Origin: Polyangiaceae bacterium
Lineage (GTDB): Bacteria > Myxococcota_A > Polyangia > Polyangiales > Polyangiaceae
Assembly: GCA_050287085.1 (NCBI GenBank)
Contig: JBNKBE010000031.1
Span: forward strand, 1 to 55,938
Direction: 5' to 3'
Length of the DNA: 55,938 bases
In this document: positions 9,268 through 17,477 of the stretch, piece by piece
Layout of the letters: each line of letters begins with the position of its first letter
How positions within the stretch are numbered: the stretch's first letter is position 1
Translations under genes and position numbers: made by a program
Notes under the pieces: generated by a model
Databases searched by the model: none
What the model was told of the DNA's origin: nothing
What the model saw: the letters and a program-made list of their open reading frames with translations, nothing else

Positions 9268-9615
9268 ATGGCATACGGATTCGTCCTCATCGTCGGCCTA
9301 CTGGGCATCGTCGTATACCTCACCTTGATGTTCAGCGCGATCCCCGGTGCCGTGGATGAACGCCTGGGAGCTTTGGAGCCCCTCCCCGAGAACCTGGGAC
9401 AATGGACGAATGACGACAGTTCAGACGACGCGAAGGCAGCTGCACGCGACGGACTGACACGCGAAGTACGCCATCTGCACCAGCCACGCTCCGGGCTCTT
9501 CGGTCGCGAGTACATCACACGTCAGGTCCGCTATCGCGATGCGACGGGACGCATCACGCGAGTCGATCCGGAAGAGAAGCACCCGCGACGGCGCATCAAA
9601 ACAGAAGCCAGCTAG
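9268..9615 (+). CDS. Hypothetical protein with N-terminal transmembrane helix
   Basis: ATG 9268, hydrophobic MAYGFVLIVGLLGIVVYLTLMF, then a natural-looking soluble region. Converges on rsmG. Confidence 0.65.
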   Translation: MAYGFVLIVGLLGIVVYLTLMFSAIPGAVDERLGALEPLPENLGQWTNDDSSDDAKAAARDGLTREVRHLHQPRSGLFGREYITRQVRYRDATGRITRVDPEEKHPRRRIKTEAS

Positions 9616-9620
9616 GCCGA

Positions 9621-10400
9621 CTATAGGGGATGATGCTTGGGCATTCCGTTCTGACGTGGATAGCGGGCGGGCGTAGCGCCGCGCTTGACCAGCAGCAGGA
9701 GGGTGGATTGCGGCGTCCGCTCGGCCCTCTCGACGTCGAGTTTCAAGAGCTCCAGCGCTCTAGACGCCGCCCGGACCTCCTCGTCGGCGCGCTCCCCCTT
9801 GACCAACAATAGACGACCGGGTCCCCTGGGTCCTCCGGGCGCTCTGGCAAAGGGTGCGGTGAGTTCAAGCAGCGACGGCAGGGGTGCCACCGCACGAGCG
9901 GTCACCCAGTCAAAACGCTCCCGGAGCGCCCCGCCGCGAGCCGATGTCAACGCCTCGGCCCGTCCGCTCACTGCTTGGACGTGGGTGAGCTTCAGCTCTC
10001 TGGCGACGTGAGTCACGAAAGCGATCTTCTTCTGCGTAGCGTCGACCAACGTGAAGTGATGCTGGGGCAGCACAATGGCTAGCGGCAACCCCGGGAAACC
10101 CGCCCCGCAGCCCACATCGACCACTGCCGCCCCTGGTTCTACCTGTGAGAAGTGCGGGGCCAGCATCAGAGCGTCGAACACCAACTTCTCCCATACCTGC
10201 TCCGGCTCCCGGAGCGCGGTCAGATTCAGGCGCGCACTACTGGCCAGCAAAAGCCGAACGAAGGCGCTCAGCTGCTCCCAGGTTTCATCGCCTATAGCGA
10301 TGCCGGAACTCTCGAGCGCAGCGCGCGCGGCGCCTTCTGGAGCCGCGAGCGGCGCACATTCGTCGAGAGATGGCAAGGGCAGCGGAACGCGGCGAGTCAT
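9621..10400 (-). CDS. rsmG: 16S rRNA m7G527 methyltransferase
   Basis: NLTA, VVDVGCGAGFPGLPLAI, DATQKKIAF, GRAE, FDWVTARAVA, TPARYPR..GMPKHHPL. Confidence 0.93.
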   Translation of the reverse strand: MTRRVPLPLPSLDECAPLAAPEGAARAALESSGIAIGDETWEQLSAFVRLLLASSARLNLTALREPEQVWEKLVFDALMLAPHFSQVEPGAAVVDVGCGAGFPGLPLAIVLPQHHFTLVDATQKKIAFVTHVARELKLTHVQAVSGRAEALTSARGGALRERFDWVTARAVAPLPSLLELTAPFARAPGGPRGPGRLLLVKGERADEEVRAASRALELLKLDVERAERTPQSTLLLLVKRGATPARYPRQNGMPKHHPL

Positions 10401-10461
10401 GGGGCGCAACGCTACTCCGCGCACGGAGAAATGCCTATCCCCGGCGCACGTCTGTGCTGCG

Positions 10462-12930
10462 TCAGCGGCCCAAAGCCTCGGCGCGGTTGATCACGCGGGG
10501 GGTCAGAAAGATCACGAGCTCACTGCGTAGATCGCTGGCCGTACGACGCTGGAATAGTAGGCCAAGCAGTGGGATGTCGCCGAAAAACGGCATCTGGTCG
10601 ACATCGTGCCCCGAGTTGCGAGTGAATATGCCGCCGATAACGGCCGTATGGCCATCAGCTACCAGCAGGTTCGTCTCCGCCTCGCGCTTCAGAATCGTGG
10701 GATCACCCCGCGCTGAGGTTTGGTTGAAGTCAGGCTCATCGCGATTGATCTTCACCGCCATGCTGACGCTGCCATCGGCCGTTACGTGGGGCCGCACCAA
10801 CAATTGTAGCTTGGCTTCCTGGAAGGTCGTCTGAACCCCCTGAGCCGTCACCTGGCTGAAGGGGATCAGCGTACCTTGACTGATCTTTGCCTGGCTGTTG
10901 TCCAAAGTGAGCACCCGAGGACTGGAGAGCACCCGCAACATGCCGTTGGACTCCGCCGCGGAAAGGCGCAGAGCCAGATTGAAATTGCTGTCCACCGATC
11001 CCATGGTGAGACCGATGGCACCACCTTGCCCGGTACCAACCGCCGCAGGTAAGTTAACAGCGAAGTTGGGATTCTGCACCACGGTCTGGAGCGGAGAGAG
11101 ACCCGCTGTCGGCGTATCGCCGTCGCTAGCACCGCCGGCGAGCCCGATGGAGTTCGGGAAAACGAGCCCCGTGGGATTGCCGGTCGCAGGCGTGAAGCTG
11201 GCATCTCCGCCCCACTGAATACCTACGTCGCGAAGGTAGCGGCTCGTGGCCTCAACGATTCTTGCCTCGATGAGCACCTGGGGCGTCTGCGTGTCGAGCG
11301 CACGCGTAAGCTCCTCGACTTGATCGAGATTGCCGGCGACGTCACGCACGATCATGACGTTCGTGCGGCTGTCGACGGCAATGGTGCCGCGACCAGACAG
11401 CAACTCGCGAGCCCGCGCCTGAACGTCGGAGGCCTGGGCGTAGCTCACGGGAATGAGTCGGGTCTCGAGCGAAGCCAACTTGAGCTCTTGCTGCGCGCGC
11501 GCGATGGCCAGCTCTCGCTCTCGCTCGAGCACGTCGAGCGGAGCTACCCGGATGATGTTGCCATGAGCCTGCATACCCAGATCTTTGGATTGCAGCACCA
11601 CGTCGAGCGCTTGATCCCACGGGACGTTGTTCAGCCGAACTGTGACATTGCCCGACACGTCGTCGGACGTGACGATATTCCGCTGTCCGATATCCGCCAG
11701 GAGACGAAGCACATTGTGGATGTCTGCGTCTTTGACGTCCAACGTTGCGCGCCGACCTGAGTAGCGCCCTTTGCTGACCACGCCGGTGGCGGCCGCCGCT
11801 TGGTCTGCAGGAGTGACCACCAAAGCCGAACGACTATCAGCCTCCACCTCCAGGGCAGAGGTGAGCAATGGCCGCGCGCTCTGCACCGGCTCTTCAAAGA
11901 TCGTGCGCACGCGTCGAGCCGTGCGACCGTCATCAGCGATACCAGAAAGCGACGACGGAACATGCCCCTCGAAGAACCGTACGATGAGCTCGCTGCCCTG
12001 CACCCTGAGGTCGAGCTGCACGGTCGGACCGTGCTCGATATCGACCTGAGTCCCTCCTGGTACGCGGTATGACGTGATGCGCTGCACGCCCGATTCGAAC
12101 GCATTGACGTCGAGTACGCGCTGTCGTTCCTCCGCAAGTATCGAGCCTGCGAGCACCAAACGCGTCTTTTCCGCAGAAAGCTTGCGCACCTGCGCGACTG
12201 GGCGCCCATCGGCCTTGACGATCAATCGGTGCTCGTCTCCCAAGCGCTCGAAAGCAACGTCGCTGATGCGATATGCCCCCACCGTATCACGGGGGGCTGG
12301 AACGCCCACCATCCGCTCGGGGATTGACGGCGTACTCTCGGCAGCCGCAGCAAGTGCGGCATCAGGTGCCGCGGCAGCATGGGGCCTCTCCGCACCGGCT
12401 GTCGTTGCCGTCCGCGGCGCAGCCCTCACGACAAGCTGGTTTCCCGAAACGTTGATACTATGCCGAACATCACCCGTGAAGGAAACGATGATGCGAGTGA
12501 GCGGCGCCCCGCTCGAGACGAAGGTCTGCAGCACTGCCCCACCGAAGAGACCGTCACCGCCGTCGAGCGTAGCGGGCGCGCCGACCACGCGCGTCTGGGG
12601 TACATCGATGATCAGTCGCCGCCCCCCAGACTCCGCATGAGCCGTGAAGCTGGGCGAACGGTCGAAGTCGACGACCAACTGCTGCTGCTCGCCCGAGGAC
12701 TGAAAGGCCGCGCCGATCGCTTTGCGAGCGCTTCCTGCGCTGTCTGCGACTTCCGCAGCCGCGACTTCAGCAGCCCAAACTCGCGAACTCATGCCCGAAA
12801 GGCACGTGATAGCCAGGGCGCTAGCCGACCATAACAAGAGCGTAGAGCCCAGAACCGCGCGCCGCGCCGCTCCCGCTGACTTATGCTCATCTCCCAGGCG
12901 ATTTTCTTGACGGTGCAGAGCGAGTTTCAT
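10462..12930 (-). CDS. pilQ: Type IV pilus secretin with N-terminal AMIN domains
   Basis: YSGRRATLDVKDADIHNVLR, VTVRLNNVPWDQALD, QVLIEARIVEA, LSSPRVLTLDN, PFFGDIPLLGLLF, ELVIFLTPR. Last gene of pilMNOP. Start codon uncertain. Confidence 0.95.
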   Translation of the reverse strand: MKLALHRQENRLGDEHKSAGAARRAVLGSTLLLWSASALAITCLSGMSSRVWAAEVAAAEVADSAGSARKAIGAAFQSSGEQQQLVVDFDRSPSFTAHAESGGRRLIIDVPQTRVVGAPATLDGGDGLFGGAVLQTFVSSGAPLTRIIVSFTGDVRHSINVSGNQLVVRAAPRTATTAGAERPHAAAAPDAALAAAAESTPSIPERMVGVPAPRDTVGAYRISDVAFERLGDEHRLIVKADGRPVAQVRKLSAEKTRLVLAGSILAEERQRVLDVNAFESGVQRITSYRVPGGTQVDIEHGPTVQLDLRVQGSELIVRFFEGHVPSSLSGIADDGRTARRVRTIFEEPVQSARPLLTSALEVEADSRSALVVTPADQAAAATGVVSKGRYSGRRATLDVKDADIHNVLRLLADIGQRNIVTSDDVSGNVTVRLNNVPWDQALDVVLQSKDLGMQAHGNIIRVAPLDVLERERELAIARAQQELKLASLETRLIPVSYAQASDVQARARELLSGRGTIAVDSRTNVMIVRDVAGNLDQVEELTRALDTQTPQVLIEARIVEATSRYLRDVGIQWGGDASFTPATGNPTGLVFPNSIGLAGGASDGDTPTAGLSPLQTVVQNPNFAVNLPAAVGTGQGGAIGLTMGSVDSNFNLALRLSAAESNGMLRVLSSPRVLTLDNSQAKISQGTLIPFSQVTAQGVQTTFQEAKLQLLVRPHVTADGSVSMAVKINRDEPDFNQTSARGDPTILKREAETNLLVADGHTAVIGGIFTRNSGHDVDQMPFFGDIPLLGLLFQRRTASDLRSELVIFLTPRVINRAEALGR

Positions 12931-13044
12931 GGCATTGAAGCGGTGGATCATCGAGAGACTACTGGCCCCATGCCGCTGGGGCCAAATAATCCCCACTAAC
13001 GCAGTGGCCTGAGACGAGCCAGCGGGACACCCGCCTCAACCCGT

Positions 13045-13668
13045 TCAGCGATTCTCTTGGTCGTGCAGTGATAAGACACGAGTGGCCATGGGCACGTCCG
13101 GATTCGAAGGGTCCTCGCGAACGAATACGACGTCGCTGTCGCGAATGCGATCCACCTGCCAATGCACGTGGTAGGTGGTCTCCGCACCCACGCCTTGGAC
13201 TCGCTCGGAGCGTCCGACAAGCTGCGAGCGCTTGACCACATGACCCTTGCCCGTCGGGTCGACCAGCATGGCCCGAGCCGGCTGAATCTTGGTGACTACC
13301 GCCACCAACTTGAGCTCATCGAGCGAATATTCCTCGAGTAGGACCTGGCGTTTGGTGCGCACCTCTGCCCGCGCATCCTCAGCAAAAAGGTCCCCATAAG
13401 AACGAAACGGATCGCGACTGCTCTCAGACTCAGAAAAATCCGATTCCTGAAACTCGATCCGAGGTGGCGGTTCCTCGTCGACAGCGCTGGCGCTCGGCGC
13501 CGTCGCATTGGCTCGGCGGGAGTTTGGGCTGGGCGGAGCCGACGCCGCGCTCTCAGCAGAGCTTTGCATCTGGGTAGAGCTCGTTGGCCAAGACGGTTTC
13601 GGGTCTTCGCCACAGGCCATCACGGTCGGCATCAGGCCCAAGGCCACAGCCCAAAATACGCGGCTCAT
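13045..13668 (-). CDS. pilP: Type IV pilus lipoprotein PilP
   Basis: Lipobox VMAC, RDPFRSY, LEEYSLDELKLVAV, AMLVDPTGKGHVV; lies between pilO and pilQ. Confidence 0.88.
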   Translation of the reverse strand: MSRVFWAVALGLMPTVMACGEDPKPSWPTSSTQMQSSAESAASAPPSPNSRRANATAPSASAVDEEPPPRIEFQESDFSESESSRDPFRSYGDLFAEDARAEVRTKRQVLLEEYSLDELKLVAVVTKIQPARAMLVDPTGKGHVVKRSQLVGRSERVQGVGAETTYHVHWQVDRIRDSDVVFVREDPSNPDVPMATRVLSLHDQENR

Positions 13669-14282
13669 CGACCCCTCCGGCGACTCGTATTGTCCTCCTG
13701 CTCCTGCGTGGCCTCCACAGTGGCATGGAACGCCGTGGCCAGCACGATGGCCGTCAGCGGAGCCTCGGAATCGTTCGCCTTCGGGGCGGAGATGGCGATG
13801 TCTTCCATGTTGATGATGCGTTCAAGCTGCCCAACATTGTAGAAGAACTTCGCCAGCTGGTGAAAGCGCCCTCGCAGCTCGAGCTTCATCGGGACGCGTG
13901 AATAGAACTCTTCGGGGATCTCCTCCTGAGGCGTCCAAGCGACCAGTTCAATGCCAACCAGGTTCGCGACGTTCTGCACAGAACTCAAGAACGCCGGGTA
14001 CTCCGTCGTCTCAGGCAGGATCTTGACGAGCTCGCGTCGCGCCTGCTCTCGGGCACTGAGCTCATCCAGATCGTTCTGGTAGGCCAAGACGTCAGCATTC
14101 GCCTTGTCGAGATCTTGGCGTAGGGTCGCATGACGAGCTTGTTCTGCATTGATCTGCGACTGCAGCTCGCTGTGAAAGACCACGTAATACGCGAGCAAGG
14201 GCACGACCAACATCACGCCCCCCAAAGCGAACTTTCCAGCACGCCCTAGTCGAGCAATCGCACTCTTTTTTGCAGCAGCCAT
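13665..14282 (-). CDS. pilO: Type IV pilus alignment protein PilO
   Basis: TM helix plus coiled coil, ILPETTE, FYSRVPMKLELRGRFHQLAKFF..LERIIN. Confidence 0.92.
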   Translation of the reverse strand: MAAAKKSAIARLGRAGKFALGGVMLVVPLLAYYVVFHSELQSQINAEQARHATLRQDLDKANADVLAYQNDLDELSAREQARRELVKILPETTEYPAFLSSVQNVANLVGIELVAWTPQEEIPEEFYSRVPMKLELRGRFHQLAKFFYNVGQLERIINMEDIAISAPKANDSEAPLTAIVLATAFHATVEATQEQEDNTSRRRGR

Positions 14283-14932
14283 CAGTAGCGCACCCGGGTT
14301 TGAAGTTGAAAGTCAACCCACTGCTGCCCGCTGCTACCGTGCTCCGCCGCCGAACGTTTACCCGGAAGGAGCCTCACGTCGCTGAAGTAGCTAGACAGGT
14401 TCATACGGCGAGCAAGCTCACTGACGTCTTCGCCATCACGCGCGAGCCCTGACAACGTCACCAGCCTTTCCTTCTCGATGAAGGAGACAAGCCAAACCTG
14501 ACGGCTATCCCAACTCGGGTTGTACATGGCCAGGGGATTGTTGCGCTGCACGTCTGCCAGCTTCTCTACTGAAACGGTAGGACCGCGGCCACGCGTCATG
14601 ATGCGCGCCACCTCCAGCAGCATCGCAGTTGGCCCCGTTCGGGCGCTTTGCAGCTTGTTGATCGCCTCTTCGCGCGCTCGAAGCACAGCTAGCTTCTTCT
14701 TCACTTCCTCGTGATTGGCCACCTTCGCTTGGGCTGACTTGATGTCTGCCTCAATACTGCGACTCGTTTGCTGCGCATCAGCCAACTCGTTCTGCTTAAC
14801 CGAGTACCAAACCCCCAACGCGACGATCTCCACGGCGAGCAGGCCAAGCACAACCCAGAGCCAAGCATCGCTCCCCTCCGCACGCCCGCGACCATGCGCA
14901 CGCTTGTGAGGCAGCAGGTTGATCCGAATCAC
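14282..14932 (-). CDS. pilN: Type IV pilus alignment protein PilN
   Basis: Hallmark MIRINLLP N-terminus, TM helix, coiled coil, VWL..LSG..SSYFSDV. Confidence 0.95.
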   Translation of the reverse strand: MIRINLLPHKRAHGRGRAEGSDAWLWVVLGLLAVEIVALGVWYSVKQNELADAQQTSRSIEADIKSAQAKVANHEEVKKKLAVLRAREEAINKLQSARTGPTAMLLEVARIMTRGRGPTVSVEKLADVQRNNPLAMYNPSWDSRQVWLVSFIEKERLVTLSGLARDGEDVSELARRMNLSSYFSDVRLLPGKRSAAEHGSSGQQWVDFQLQTRVRY

Positions 14933-15975
14933 GAGCGAACCTCCCGCGTTCTGCGCAGGGCGAGTCCTAGCGCCACGGCCAGCTGATTGCTTCGACGATG
15001 AAGCAATTCGGGACTCACACGGGACTCGACCACGAGATGGTCCGACGGACTCCAGCCCTCAACCGGGATGCGAGCGCGACGCTCGATAGCCGGACCCAAC
15101 GAGGCTAGCGAAGCCGTGCCTCCGCTGAGAAAGATGCGCCCGATTTCGCCGTCACCCGAGGTGGCGAGAAAGAAGTCGAGACTGCGCTGGATCTCAGCGG
15201 CGATAGAGTCCATCACCTGCTCGGCTATCGACAGCACGTTGTCCGGGACGGGGCCGGCGTAGCCGCACTTGAGCTTCTCAGCCTCGTCGAAGCTGACCCC
15301 CAGTTGACGCTCGAGCTCGCGGGTGATGGCATCGCCCCCGCTGGCAATTTCGCGGGTAAAAGCGGAAACGCCGCCCTGCACAACGTTCAGCGAAGACAGC
15401 CCTGCCCCCACGTTGATGAGCGCTACGGTTTGCCCCTCGGGAAATCCGCGCGCGCTCTCAAAGAGGTTTTGGATCGTGAACGCATCGATATCGACGATCA
15501 GCGGCTTGAGGCGAGCGTCTTTCGCCAGCTGAGCGTAGGCCGCGATCTGCTCCTTCTTCGCCGCAACCAGGAGCAGATCCATCTGCCCCTCGTCCTCGCG
15601 TCGCCGAAGCACCTGATAGTCGACCTGAACGTCCTTGATGTCGAAGGGAATATGCTGCTCGGCTTCCCAGTCGATTTGCTCGCCAAGCTCATCGTCGGTC
15701 ATCAACGGAACGCTGATCTTGCGGATGATGACGGTCTGTCCCGATACGCTGAGCGCCACTTCGCGAGAACGAATCCGGGCGTCCTGGAACACACGCCGGA
15801 GCGTCTCCACAACTGCGCCCGCGTCCATGACCTGCCCGTCGACGATTGCGCGATAGGGCAACTTCTCGTAGCCCATCCGCTGCAAACTCAATCCGCGGCG
15901 GGTCTCTCTTATTTGGCAGACCTTGATCGAGCTTGAGCCAATGTCGACCCCGACCAGGTTTCTTCCTTCGCCCAT
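14929..15975 (-). CDS. pilM: Type IV pilus actin-like protein PilM
   Basis: VGVDIGSSSIKV, EAEQHIPFDI, LLVAAKKE, INVGAG, EIQRSLDFF, LSGGTA, AVALGLALR. Confidence 0.96.
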   Translation of the reverse strand: MGEGRNLVGVDIGSSSIKVCQIRETRRGLSLQRMGYEKLPYRAIVDGQVMDAGAVVETLRRVFQDARIRSREVALSVSGQTVIIRKISVPLMTDDELGEQIDWEAEQHIPFDIKDVQVDYQVLRRREDEGQMDLLLVAAKKEQIAAYAQLAKDARLKPLIVDIDAFTIQNLFESARGFPEGQTVALINVGAGLSSLNVVQGGVSAFTREIASGGDAITRELERQLGVSFDEAEKLKCGYAGPVPDNVLSIAEQVMDSIAAEIQRSLDFFLATSGDGEIGRIFLSGGTASLASLGPAIERRARIPVEGWSPSDHLVVESRVSPELLHRRSNQLAVALGLALRRTREVRS

Positions 15976-16581
15976 CGAACAGAACCTCGCTGACGTAACC
16001 GCCGTTAGAGCAGTCTCTCACTCGCGCCGCTCCCCCGCCAAGAAACGTGCGAAAGGACAGGGGGTGCCCGGACCGACAGACCTTCGGGAGACCTGCCAAC
16101 AACGCGCCGACAAGGCTCCTCGGCGCCGTAGGCGTGGTAGGTCGGTGGACCGGAGAGCGGGTCCAGCTGCTTTCGTCCTGTTGGCAACGGCCCTGGCCCC
16201 TTGAGTCAGGCCCCCCCCGAGGCGCGGGCACCCGACAGCGCCTCACACCCACGTATATGGTCCCATACAGACCGAATACACGAGCTAATCCGCCGGCTTG
16301 TGGCATCCGACTGGGTTTCGCAAGACCCAGGGGTCACCCATGCCCCAGCCGCACCCGGGGCGAGACTATTCGTGTCTATTCTTATCGAATCAGCACTCGC
16401 CCAGGGGCTTCTGCCCTGAAAGAGACGCGTTGTAGTGCTCTTGTGCTGGGCGCCACCGGATCGCGCTGGGCTTGAGGCCATGGGTCGAAAGGGACCCGTT
16501 TCACTACCGGCAAGCGTAGCGGACCTGCAACCTAACCCAGGGAGAAACAATTACACGAGTATAATCGATACGTTACACATG

Positions 16582-16597
16582 TGGCACAATGCCTGCT
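16582..16597 (+). promoter_or_regulatory. sigma54 -24/-12 promoter for the FliA-like sigma gene
   Basis: TGGCACAATGCCTGCT with exact GG-N10-GC spacing. Predicted start near 16608, followed by GGAGG (16611) and ATG 16621. Confidence 0.7.
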
Positions 16598-16620
16598 CTG
16601 GGGTCGAGCCGGAGGTATTC

Positions 16621-17445
16621 ATGACCGTCGCCAAGACCGCGCAAAGCAAACGCCGCAATTCCGAAAAGGCCGCCACCCCAACCAAGAGGCGGGCCGCCCG
16701 CAGCGCTCAAAGTGGGGGTAAAGCACGCGCACTTCACGGAGGGGCCTTGCTGGACGTGGACACGGCTTCCGCCACCGACAGCGACGGCGACAGTCCGCCC
16801 GAGAGCGGCGTGCGTGCGGTGAAGACCGACGCCGCGCCGCTGAGCGTTGCTGCCAGCCAAGCGCTGATCGACAAATACACCCATCTTGTGCGTCAGATCG
16901 CCGGGGGATTTCAGCGCAAGTTGCCGCGCAACGTATTGCGCGACGACCTGATCGCGGCGGGCATGAGCGGGCTCTGGGACGCCGTCCGGCGCCACGGTCA
17001 CGACACAACGGGCAACTTCGACTGGTATGTTCGAGTCCGTATTCGCGGTGCCATCCTAGACGAGTTGCGGGCCCAAGACTGGCTGCCCCGCCGGGCGCGG
17101 GCAGCCGCGACCGAAGCCGCCCAGTCGGCGGGCACCGCGCTCCGCGCAGCTCCTGTGGTGCTGCGCTTCGACGAGGTCAGCGAAACGGAACAGGCTCGTT
17201 GTTTGGCCGCAGGCGACAGCAGCAACACCGAGCTCGCCGTGGAGGCCAATTTCGTACGAGCGCAACTTGCGACGGCGATGAAGCAGCTGCCGGAACGAGA
17301 GCGACGCATCGTCATGATGCACTACTTTCGCGGCGTGAAGTTCAAGGACCTCGGAGAGATGATGGGGGTCAGCGAGCCACGCATCTCCCAGCTGCATTCT
17401 CGCGCGATGGGCCGCTTGCGCAACTTGCTCGCCGAAGCAGCCTAG
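16621..17445 (+). CDS. FliA/WhiG-family sigma factor (regions 2 and 4; region 3 reduced)
   Basis: LIDKYTHLVRQIA, DDLIAAGMSGLWDA, RIRGAILDELRAQDWLPR, LPERERRIVMMHY..LGEMMGVSEPRISQLHSRA. Confidence 0.9.
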   Translation: MTVAKTAQSKRRNSEKAATPTKRRAARSAQSGGKARALHGGALLDVDTASATDSDGDSPPESGVRAVKTDAAPLSVAASQALIDKYTHLVRQIAGGFQRKLPRNVLRDDLIAAGMSGLWDAVRRHGHDTTGNFDWYVRVRIRGAILDELRAQDWLPRRARAAATEAAQSAGTALRAAPVVLRFDEVSETEQARCLAAGDSSNTELAVEANFVRAQLATAMKQLPERERRIVMMHYFRGVKFKDLGEMMGVSEPRISQLHSRAMGRLRNLLAEAA

Positions 17446-17477
17446 AACTGCGTTGTTACTGCGCTGCGTTGTTGCTG

